Virus record (IMG/VR): IMGVR_UViG_2737471867_000005
Source: a virus
Taxonomy: Duplodnaviria; Heunggongvirae; Uroviricota; Caudoviricetes
Strand: one strand, 5' to 3'
Length of the DNA: 37,142 nucleotides
The notes beneath the pieces were generated by a model. That model did not search any database. It had not been told where the DNA came from and was given only the letters and a program-made list of their open reading frames with translations. Shown in pieces: positions 19,754 through 28,297 of this stretch (positions are counted from its first letter, which is position 1; each line of letters opens with the position of its first letter). Position numbers and translations under genes: made by a program.

Positions 19754-20812
19754 TTACGCTCCGGTTTCTGCTGCTGCGGCGCTGAAGTCGCCAATCTGGA
19801 TGTTTTCCACCAGTGCGGCGCAGCGGTAGTCCTCAACCACATAGGCTTCGTTAACGGATTCAAAGTTTTCAATCCGGTCACGTTTCGGGTTGTCGATAAC
19901 TGAGCGGCGGCGGGTGTCTTCCTGCCAGTAGATGGACAGGTTATCCAGACGGGTGATCAGCAGTGCATTCGGCGGGAAGAACGGCGCACGCACGGCCTGC
20001 AGGCCACCCATGCGTTTCTGACTGATGATCATATCGGCAGCCAGTTTTTCACTGTTTTCCTGCTCTTTGTTGACCAGCGGGAAATACTTGTCAGACAGCA
20101 GTTCACGACCGCAAATCACCACCAGATCGTCATCGTCCTGGTAGACCACATCGATAAGCTCATTGACGGCATCCATCACCACGGCGTCCAGGTTGGCATA
20201 TTCGCCACCTTTCCCGACTTTCACCGCACCCGATGTGGTTTCACCGCCCGTGGTGGTGCTGCCCATGACGTGATCCGGTGCATCTTCACGGATTTTCTGC
20301 AGCCAGCCTTTGTTCACATCCTGCAGCAGCGGGTTTTCGCTACGGTTGGAGGTTTTCGCACGCTTCACGCCGTTAAAGCCGATCATGATGCGGTCCAGTG
20401 CCTGACGTTTCACGATGGCGTCACGGATGCGCACCTGGAAATCCTGAAACTTCGCCCACAGGTCCAGCTTCGCGTAGGTCAGCACCGTGTCAAAGTTGGT
20501 CTGCTCGCATTTATATTCCACATCGACCATCAGCGTCGGATCGACAGGTTCACGCTCTTTCGCGGTGGTGTCAGTGGTTCCGGCAATGGTGCTGCCAACT
20601 CCCAGCCCCAGCAGCTGACCGGACTGCTCAGTCACTGGCGTGACGTTAATCAGCGTCAGGAAAGCGGCGGACTGCTGGATCTGGTCTTCCAGCGTCTGCT
20701 GTACAGACGGCTCCACGGTGAACTTGCTGGACAGTTCTTCAACTGCCACACCGTTCAGACGCGCCAGCTGCTGCAGGTAAGCGTTAAAAGCAAAGCGGGT
20801 ATTCTTCTTCAT
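19754..20812 (-). CDS. N: major capsid protein N
   Basis: 352-aa ORF. Confidence 0.9.
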   Translation of the reverse strand: MKKNTRFAFNAYLQQLARLNGVAVEELSSKFTVEPSVQQTLEDQIQQSAAFLTLINVTPVTEQSGQLLGLGVGSTIAGTTDTTAKEREPVDPTLMVDVEYKCEQTNFDTVLTYAKLDLWAKFQDFQVRIRDAIVKRQALDRIMIGFNGVKRAKTSNRSENPLLQDVNKGWLQKIREDAPDHVMGSTTTGGETTSGAVKVGKGGEYANLDAVVMDAVNELIDVVYQDDDDLVVICGRELLSDKYFPLVNKEQENSEKLAADMIISQKRMGGLQAVRAPFFPPNALLITRLDNLSIYWQEDTRRRSVIDNPKRDRIENFESVNEAYVVEDYRCAALVENIQIGDFSAAAAETGA

Positions 20813-20828
20813 CAGGTTTTGTGCTCCA

Positions 20829-21662
20829 TCAGCAATTGGTCAGAGTGTCAGCGGGGGCGTTACCGCCTGTTGCACGCTGGCGGTAGTCCTGGCGGCTGTC
20901 TTCATGACTCAGCTTGTCCACCAGTTCGTTAAAGGCGGTTTGCTGTGCCTGCAGGGCAGTCTCCAGCTCAGACAGGCGTTCTTCCTGCTCAGACAGGGAT
21001 TTTTCGGTGCGTGCGCTCAGGTTCTGCTGCTCAGTGGCGACCAGCTCCACGGCCTTATGCACATCAGAGAACCGGGCGTCATCGGACTGCTCTTTTTTGG
21101 TAAACAGCGCCGTGACGCGGGCAAACAGGGACGGTTTGTCGTCCTGGACTTCTTCCAGTTCGATCACCGTTTCCTCTGCGGCAGTAAAGAGATTGGCGGG
21201 ATTCTGCTTGCGGTTTGCCAGCGGGTTATGGGCTGCACTGGCGCTGAATGTCAGCATTTCAGTGCCCAGACTGGCAGGGTCATCAGTGGCAGCCAGGCCG
21301 ACCAGGTAGGCTTTGCCCGTATCAGCGAACTTCGGGCTGACTTCCATAGAGGTGAATAATTTCTGGCCTTTTTTCACCAGTTCCACCAGGGACTCCGTTG
21401 GCTCAACGTCAGCATACAGCGCCATCTTGCCTGCCAGCGGACCTTCCGTGATTTCTTCAGCAAACAGCGCCGTCACCTTGCCGTAGCGGTTAAAGGTGCT
21501 GTCCGGCAGATAAGACTTGATGTGCTCAAGGTTAATCAGCGCGGTATACACCGCCGGGTTATAGCTGGCTGCCATCTGTTCCAGCCATTCACGCTGGATT
21601 TCGCGTCCGTCGGTGGTGGCACCTTCCACCCCTATGCGAAAACGCTTTGCTTTCACTGTCAT
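20829..21662 (-). CDS. O: capsid scaffolding protein O
   Basis: 277-aa ORF with a coiled-coil C-terminal half. Confidence 0.88.
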   Translation of the reverse strand: MTVKAKRFRIGVEGATTDGREIQREWLEQMAASYNPAVYTALINLEHIKSYLPDSTFNRYGKVTALFAEEITEGPLAGKMALYADVEPTESLVELVKKGQKLFTSMEVSPKFADTGKAYLVGLAATDDPASLGTEMLTFSASAAHNPLANRKQNPANLFTAAEETVIELEEVQDDKPSLFARVTALFTKKEQSDDARFSDVHKAVELVATEQQNLSARTEKSLSEQEERLSELETALQAQQTAFNELVDKLSHEDSRQDYRQRATGGNAPADTLTNC

Positions 21663-21740
21663 GAGCCGTGCTCCGTTAGAAAAAACTTACTGGAGCCTTA
21701 TGGTTGCGGTGATGGGGGCAGTGAAACAATGCGCGGTATT

Positions 21741-21758
21741 TGTACCGACAACCACACA
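21741..21758. promoter_or_regulatory. Ogr-type late promoter site (TGT-N12-ACA) in the divergent O/P control region
   Basis: TGTaccgacaaccacACA, 47 bp upstream of the P start codon. Confidence 0.65.
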
Positions 21759-21804
21759 AACCGCAGGCGGGGAAAGCCTTCATTCAAGGCTGTAGGTTTG
21801 TGCC

Positions 21805-23571
21805 ATGAACACCACACTGACACCCGCAGATCTCGATCCCCGTCGGCAGGCCATGCTGCTGTACTTTCAGGGATACCGCGTAGCCCGCATTGCTGAAATG
21901 CTGGGCGAGAAAGTTGCAACCGTTCACAGCTGGAAAAAACGCGACAAGTGGGGTGACTATGGGCCGCTGGATCAGATGCAGCTCACCACCGCCGCACGCT
22001 ACTGCCAGCTCATTATGAAGGAGCACAAAGAAGGGAAAGATTTCAAAGAGATTGACCTGCTGGCGCGCCAGTCGGAGCGCCATGCGCGGATCGGCAAGTT
22101 TAACAATGGCGGCAACGAAGCCGACTTAAACCCTAACGTCGCCAACCGCAACAAAGGCCCACGCCGTCAGCCGGAAAAGAACGTTTTCACCGATGAACAG
22201 ATTGAGAAGCTGGAAGAAATTTTCCATTCCTCCATGTTCAACTACCAGCGCCACTGGTGGGAAGCCGGAAAAACCAACCGCATCCGCAACCTGCTGAAGT
22301 CACGCCAGATCGGCGCGACCTTTTACTTTGCCCGTGAAGCCCTGATTGACGCCCTGCTTACCGGACGTAACCAGATTTTCCTTTCCGCCAGTAAGGCACA
22401 GGCCCACGTCTTTAAACAGTACATCATCGACTTCGCCAAAGAAGTAGAGGTGGAGCTGAAAGGCGATCCGATGGTGCTTCCCAACGGGGCCACACTGTAT
22501 TTCCTCGGCACCAATGCCCGCACGGCCCAGAGTTATCACGGCAACCTGTATCTGGATGAATATTTCTGGATACCGAAATTTCAGGAGCTGCGCAAAGTGG
22601 CTTCCGGTATGGCTATTCACAAAAAATGGCGACAAACCTATTTTTCCACGCCATCCAGTCTGACACACAGTGCTTATCCGTTCTGGTCCGGTGCGCTGTT
22701 CAACCGTGGGCGCAACAAAGCCGATAAGGTGGACATCGACCTGTCCCACAGCAATCTGGCCCCCGGCCTGCTGTGCGCAGACGGGCAATACCGCCAGATA
22801 GTCACCGTGGAAGATGCGGTACGCGGCGGCTGTAACCTGTTCGACCTCGACCAGCTACGCATGGAGTACAGCCCGGATGAATACCAGAACCTGCTGATGT
22901 GCGAGTTTGTGGACGATCTCGCGTCCGTGTTTCCGCTCAGCGAGCTGCAGGCGTGCATGGTGGACAGTTGGGAAGTCTGGACCGACTTTCATGCACTGGC
23001 GCTGCGCCCGTTTGGCTGGCGCGAAGTGTGGATCGGTTATGACCCGGCAAAAGGCACGCAAAACGGCGACAGCGCCGGATGCGTGGTGGTGGCACCGCCA
23101 GCCGTGCCGGGTGGTAAGTTCCGCATTCTTGAGCGTCACCAGTGGCGCGGGATGGACTTCCGCGCCCAGGCTGACGCCATCAAAAAACTGACCGAACAGT
23201 ACAACGTGACCTATATCGGTATCGACTCAACCGGCGTTGGTCACGGGGTTTACGAGAACGTGAAAGCGTTTTTTCCTGCCGTCCGGGAGTTTGTCTACAA
23301 CCCCAACGTTAAAAACGCCCTGGTACTCAAGGCCTACGACATTATCAGCCACCGCCGTCTGGAGTTTGACGCCGGACACACCGACATAGCGCAGTCCTTT
23401 ATGGCAATCCGTCGCGCCACCACCGCCAGTGGCAACCGCCCGACCTATGAAGCCAGCCGCAGCGAAGAAGCCAGCCACGCCGATCTGGCCTGGGCAACGA
23501 TGCACGCACTGTTTAACGAACCGCTGCAGGGCGAATCCGCCAATACCAGCAATATTGTGGAGATTTTTTGA
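21805..23571 (+). CDS. P: terminase large (ATPase) subunit P
   Basis: 588-aa ORF. Confidence 0.9.
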   Translation: MNTTLTPADLDPRRQAMLLYFQGYRVARIAEMLGEKVATVHSWKKRDKWGDYGPLDQMQLTTAARYCQLIMKEHKEGKDFKEIDLLARQSERHARIGKFNNGGNEADLNPNVANRNKGPRRQPEKNVFTDEQIEKLEEIFHSSMFNYQRHWWEAGKTNRIRNLLKSRQIGATFYFAREALIDALLTGRNQIFLSASKAQAHVFKQYIIDFAKEVEVELKGDPMVLPNGATLYFLGTNARTAQSYHGNLYLDEYFWIPKFQELRKVASGMAIHKKWRQTYFSTPSSLTHSAYPFWSGALFNRGRNKADKVDIDLSHSNLAPGLLCADGQYRQIVTVEDAVRGGCNLFDLDQLRMEYSPDEYQNLLMCEFVDDLASVFPLSELQACMVDSWEVWTDFHALALRPFGWREVWIGYDPAKGTQNGDSAGCVVVAPPAVPGGKFRILERHQWRGMDFRAQADAIKKLTEQYNVTYIGIDSTGVGHGVYENVKAFFPAVREFVYNPNVKNALVLKAYDIISHRRLEFDAGHTDIAQSFMAIRRATTASGNRPTYEASRSEEASHADLAWATMHALFNEPLQGESANTSNIVEIF

Positions 23572-24599
23572 TGGGAAAGAGTAAGAAGAACCGCGCTGCG
23601 GCGACGAAACAGATCCAGCTTAAAAGTCAAACTACAGCCGAAGCATTCAGCTTCGGCGATCCCGTTCCTGTTCTGGACCGCCGAGAACTGCTGGATTATG
23701 TGGAATGCGTACAGATGGACCGCTGGTATGAGCCGCCCGTCAGCTTTGACGGACTGGCGCGCACCTTCCGCGCTGCCGTGCATCATAGTTCCCCGATTGC
23801 AGTAAAGTGCAACATTCTGACCAGCACCTACATCCCTCACCCGCTGCTCAGCCAGCAGGCTTTTTCGCGTTTTGTTCAGGACTATCTGGTATTTGGTAAC
23901 GCCTACCTGGAGAAACGCACGAACCGCTTCGGTGAAGTTATCGCCCTTGAACCTGCCCTGGCAAAATACACCCGACGCGGGTTAGACCTGGATACCTACT
24001 GGTTTGTGCAATACGGTATGACCACGCAGCCATATCAGTTCACGAAAGGCAGCATCTTTCATCTGATGGAACCGGACATCAACCAGGAGATCTACGGCCT
24101 GCCCGGTTATCTTTCTGCCATTCCGTCAGCCCTGCTCAACGAGTCCGCCACGCTGTTCCGCCGAAAGTATTACATTAACGGCAGTCATGCTGGCTTCATC
24201 ATGTACATGACCGATGCCGCGCAGAACCAGGAGGACGTGAACAACCTCCGCAATGCGATGAAAAGCGCCAAAGGCCCTGGCAACTTCCGCAACCTGTTTA
24301 TGTACTCGCCTAACGGCAAAAAGGACGGGCTTCAGATTATTCCTCTGTCAGAAGTCGCGGCAAAGGATGAATTTTTGAATATCAAGAACGTGAGCCGGGA
24401 TGACATGATGGCAGCACACCGAGTGCCGCCGCAAATGATGGGGATAATACCGAATAATGTTGGGGGATTTGGGGATGTGGAGAAGGCTAGTAAGGTTTTT
24501 ATGCGTAATGAATTGATACCGCTACAAAACAGAATAGAAGAACTCAATAAATGGCTCAAAGATGACATAATAAAATTCATGCCATACAGTTTCATATAA
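23568..24599 (+). CDS. Q: portal protein Q
   Basis: 343-aa ORF; the last ~50 codons change to AT-rich codon usage. Confidence 0.88.
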   Translation: MMGKSKKNRAAATKQIQLKSQTTAEAFSFGDPVPVLDRRELLDYVECVQMDRWYEPPVSFDGLARTFRAAVHHSSPIAVKCNILTSTYIPHPLLSQQAFSRFVQDYLVFGNAYLEKRTNRFGEVIALEPALAKYTRRGLDLDTYWFVQYGMTTQPYQFTKGSIFHLMEPDINQEIYGLPGYLSAIPSALLNESATLFRRKYYINGSHAGFIMYMTDAAQNQEDVNNLRNAMKSAKGPGNFRNLFMYSPNGKKDGLQIIPLSEVAAKDEFLNIKNVSRDDMMAAHRVPPQMMGIIPNNVGGFGDVEKASKVFMRNELIPLQNRIEELNKWLKDDIIKFMPYSFI

Positions 24600-24605
24600 A
24601 ACTAA

Positions 24606-24624
24606 GGGCCGAATACCTCGGCCC
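24606..24624. terminator. GC hairpin between convergent Q and the accessory gene
   Basis: GGGCCGA-atacc-TCGGCCC; weak T-tract on either side. Confidence 0.4.
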
Positions 24625-24630
24625 TCTACA

Positions 24631-26304
24631 TTAAGATTTATGGCTAAAGAGTATACCTGTAACAGAACGTTGATAGGCATCAAGCTTCTCTTGCCTCTGC
24701 TTAAATTTAGATTTGATATCACTAATACTCGGAATACCTATTACTCCAAGGCCTGCACTTAACGCCGCTAAAGTAGTATTGCCAGTCAGCGCTCCAGCAA
24801 TTGCTATAGCACCATTTGCGATACATGGTAGGACATCCAGTCCGTAAATTCTCAATTTCTCTTTTTGGGCTTTTGCAAGAATCCTTTGATGTTCAATAAA
24901 AGCCCGGTCTACATTATCAATTACTTTTTGCGTTGTCCTCGAAAAGCTCTCTGCCGAAGAATTGATTAAAGAGTCAACACCATTTGATAAGATGGATCTT
25001 ACATCCTCCATCAATTTGTTACGTCTCAACTCAATTATTTTATTGACCGGTACATTTCCTAACCATGAAAAACCATCTTGCATACCAGCAGATAACGCAT
25101 GAACCATATGCAAATTTTTTAGTTCAATATCATTGACATCAAAATTAAGAGATTCGTACTCAATAAGCCAAGTATAATAGAGCCAAGATGTGTCTGCATT
25201 TATATATGGAGTACTACCAAGTTCTTGTGCATTACATTTTGCTGAATAGGCTTGCGGCATTCTTCCAATGCAGGAAAGGAAAACCTCCATTCCAGCATAA
25301 TCACCAACAACATTACGTGATATTCTTTTTTTATCAGATAGTAGTTTTTCTAATTGAGTTTTTGGATTTAGCCCCCATGCTGTATCAAAAATAAGTCTAT
25401 CTGCTCTCTTAATATTTTTAAGAACAGCATCAATATCATTCATCGAATAACTAAAATCTTGAAATTCATCGTAGCTTTCGAACCGTCGATCATAGAGATA
25501 TTGCGCATGAGTCAGAGCATAAGGCTCACAAAAACTCATCAAATTTTTTTTGCTCTCAGTTTCAAAATCTCTTCTATCCGGCAAAATTAATACTATTGCT
25601 GGCTCTATATCTTCAAGCGCTACTTCTTTATATGTCATACATGTTAGGACATGCTTCAGAAGTATCCTTGTAAACTCAGCCTTATCTGACTTTTCATAGA
25701 GACGACCGACTCTTAATATAGGACATGGAAGTGAAATAGTATCAACATACAACCCTGCAATAGAGACAGCATTCTCATCAAATGCAGGAAATAAGTCACC
25801 AGAAAAATTAGCTTTAAACTGAGAACCATCCTGCAAATGTATTACACCAATATCGGATGTTACCTGCCAAAACTCTATTACCTGATTATATAACTCAGGA
25901 AAAATACCTTCTATTTGCTTAACATATTCTTCTTGTTGAGAAAAAAAACTTGATGCTTTATGTGGCGTTGCATTAGTTTTTTTCATCAGATAAAACAACT
26001 CGCCAAAATTACTAAAAAGAATATTAAAGTAAGAACTTTGCAAGTCCTGAATAGAGTATTTGTTTTTTATATCTTCTCTTTCTAAAAAGTGATTAACCGC
26101 TGCTCCCATAGCCCTTATTCTGCCATCAACAGTAGAAGGGTCAACTTTACCATCCTGTCGCAGACTTATTCTTTTAAAACTTTCAATAAAACCTTCTACA
26201 AGATGATGAGCTATTTTTAGTTTTCCCGCTTCCAGTTGTTGCTTAATGAGAAAAACACGCTCAGTTAAATCGTCTACATATTCCTCATCTTGATATTTTT
26301 CCAT
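24631..26304 (-). CDS. uncharacterised 557-aa accessory protein with C-terminal glycine-zipper membrane segment
   Basis: Long AT-rich ORF with a GGAG RBS. C-terminal GAIAIAGALTG...LSAGLGVIGIP is hydrophobic and Gly-rich; no motif I can assign. Confidence 0.75.
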   Translation of the reverse strand: MEKYQDEEYVDDLTERVFLIKQQLEAGKLKIAHHLVEGFIESFKRISLRQDGKVDPSTVDGRIRAMGAAVNHFLEREDIKNKYSIQDLQSSYFNILFSNFGELFYLMKKTNATPHKASSFFSQQEEYVKQIEGIFPELYNQVIEFWQVTSDIGVIHLQDGSQFKANFSGDLFPAFDENAVSIAGLYVDTISLPCPILRVGRLYEKSDKAEFTRILLKHVLTCMTYKEVALEDIEPAIVLILPDRRDFETESKKNLMSFCEPYALTHAQYLYDRRFESYDEFQDFSYSMNDIDAVLKNIKRADRLIFDTAWGLNPKTQLEKLLSDKKRISRNVVGDYAGMEVFLSCIGRMPQAYSAKCNAQELGSTPYINADTSWLYYTWLIEYESLNFDVNDIELKNLHMVHALSAGMQDGFSWLGNVPVNKIIELRRNKLMEDVRSILSNGVDSLINSSAESFSRTTQKVIDNVDRAFIEHQRILAKAQKEKLRIYGLDVLPCIANGAIAIAGALTGNTTLAALSAGLGVIGIPSISDIKSKFKQRQEKLDAYQRSVTGILFSHKS

Positions 26305-26405
26305 AAACGCTCCATTAAAATATTTAATAATGCATATAAGAATAATTAATAATATTTACAGTAACTATATCACATTAGATCCAGATTGTTACACTGTTGC
26401 GCGCG

Positions 26406-26424
26406 CTCGTATCCCCGCCACGCC
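26406..26424. other. cos-like site (cohesive-end core)
   Basis: Minus-strand GGCGTGGCGGGGATACGAG matches the first 13 nt of the P2/186 cohesive end as I recall it (GGCGTGGCGGGGAAAGCAT), followed by GCGCGC. Confidence 0.55.
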
Positions 26425-26624
26425 TGCCCACTTTATGTAGTGGTTTTCATGCACCTGCATGACATAAGCAAAAGCACGCCAGTTCTGGCTGGCATCAGCG
26501 AAAACGATCGTCATACTATCATGCGATCTCATGCGCCATATGAAGTTTTCCTGACACAGCCTTGGGTTGGGATAACACCTAACTCAGGAAGATTTTTTGT
26601 GTGTTTGTAACCCACACCTAGAGT

Positions 26625-27794
26625 TTACCAATCCATGTTTGCGGCATTATCCATCTCACGAGTTAAGTAATTAACAAATAAGTCCATATTCCTTTCTGAT
26701 TTCATCGCCTCCGCATAGGTTCCATTAGTTACGTAAGATAGTATTAAAGGACATCCAGATTCAATATAAATTTTTGCTGGGGACAGTTCTCCCTGCCACA
26801 AATTTTCAAGGAAATCGTTAATTAATTGCATTGCTTCAGGTGCCAAAAAATGCACACCATTTCCAAACTTGAAACGTTCTTTATTTTCTCGATGAGGCAG
26901 CAATAGTGGCACAGCCCCTACACTTGAGTGAAATTCCAATGCTTGCCCATCCTTACCGAAGGCGCCATGGGCTACAAAATTACGCACCTGTTTTCTGAGT
27001 ATAAGTAAACGATCATAGAACAATTTTAGGCTGGAAGAGTTAATATCAATGGCTAATTTGAATTTCTCCCCCCATTCTTTTCCAACTTTATCAGCCACAT
27101 CATTCCCATTTTTTATCTCACCCTTCAAGATTGCAATAAGAATGAAAACATGCTCGGTCCAATTGAAAAATGACTCAATTGCAGACGTTGCTAACCACAT
27201 AGCCTCTCTTCGGAGTTCAATTATCTTATTTGATTGTTCAAAAGTGGATTGTAACAGGCTGAAAAAATTATCAGACTTAAACTCACTATCAACTTCCAGT
27301 TTAGACTCTTGGCCAGCAGCAACTTCATCAAGCTTCTGTTTATATAGCTCTAAAAAATAGCAAAACCTATCATAAAGAGAATTAGCATTGTTATTAACAT
27401 TTAGATTTGAAGTCTTTGCTGCATTGTCTGCAAGCGAATCAAAAAAATTCGTAGCAGCTTTAACCCCTGCGCAAATATGTCTCAAAACAGTTTTAGCTTG
27501 CTCTATATCATCATCACTCTTGATAAATATATCTAAACCAAGTTTACGATGTTCTATAATTACGACAGTCCCATCAATCCGGACTGGGATAGAAAAAGAA
27601 ATCTTCTCATCAACCCCACGATTTTTAAATTTCAGTAAATCTACCAAAAGAAAATAAACGAGATAATACGGAGGTAATGAGTCTCCCAAACCCGAGCGCT
27701 TACCCCAAAAATATTCATCAAGCTCGGCAGACTCCATTGTCCCTATGACTCTTCGGACGCGTTCTTCAACTTTAGCCAGATCCATTCCCCACAC
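26625..27794 (-). CDS. uncharacterised 389-aa accessory protein with HEPN-like R-x4-H motif
   Basis: AT-rich ORF; RNFVAH motif at plus 26967..26984. Start uncertain (GTG at 27794 or ATG at 27785). Confidence 0.7.
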   Translation of the reverse strand: MWGMDLAKVEERVRRVIGTMESAELDEYFWGKRSGLGDSLPPYYLVYFLLVDLLKFKNRGVDEKISFSIPVRIDGTVVIIEHRKLGLDIFIKSDDDIEQAKTVLRHICAGVKAATNFFDSLADNAAKTSNLNVNNNANSLYDRFCYFLELYKQKLDEVAAGQESKLEVDSEFKSDNFFSLLQSTFEQSNKIIELRREAMWLATSAIESFFNWTEHVFILIAILKGEIKNGNDVADKVGKEWGEKFKLAIDINSSSLKLFYDRLLILRKQVRNFVAHGAFGKDGQALEFHSSVGAVPLLLPHRENKERFKFGNGVHFLAPEAMQLINDFLENLWQGELSPAKIYIESGCPLILSYVTNGTYAEAMKSERNMDLFVNYLTREMDNAANMDW

Positions 27795-27955
27795 CGCCTT
27801 TCAATATCACTTAAGGTATTACAGCCAATGACATCGATTAAATACAGCGTAGATAATAGGCAACTTGCTACTGTTTTCAAGGGCTTTCTGTTTCAATCCT
27901 TAGTTGACCTTGCTGACGCGAGAATCTAGTTCTCACGCCAGCAACGCCCCTGCTG

Positions 27956-28144
27956 CTAACCGAGAAGATCCATTACACGGTTATATTCATGGGCACGAAT
28001 TTTCGCCATCAACTCATCAGTCAGCTCTGAAACCCACTGCAGAGCCAGCCCCTTCTCTTCATCACTACACTCACTAGCCGCTACAAGCTTAAGAAAAAAA
28101 TCAATGCGCTGGAGCTTCAAAGACTCCAAAAAATAGTCCTGCAT
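27956..28144 (-). CDS. small hypothetical protein (62 aa)
   Basis: ATG at 28144 preceded by a perfect AGGAGG-aaaa spacer; AT-rich. Confidence 0.55.
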   Translation of the reverse strand: MQDYFLESLKLQRIDFFLKLVAASECSDEEKGLALQWVSELTDELMAKIRAHEYNRVMDLLG

Positions 28145-28297
28145 TTTTCCTCCTATGACACCACAAGCAATACTGTATGCATAACCACTGTTTATATTTA
28201 CAGTATATAATAATCTTACTGATGTAAAACGTTTTTTTACGTTCATCAGCCTGATATGCCTGGTATTATTAAGAGCACGAATTGTTAATCCGCGTAA

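Noticed and set aside
20270-20932. 220-aa plus-strand ORF overlapping capsid gene N and the start of O
   Set aside because: Antisense shadow ORF; N and O on the minus strand are in conserved order with proper spacing.
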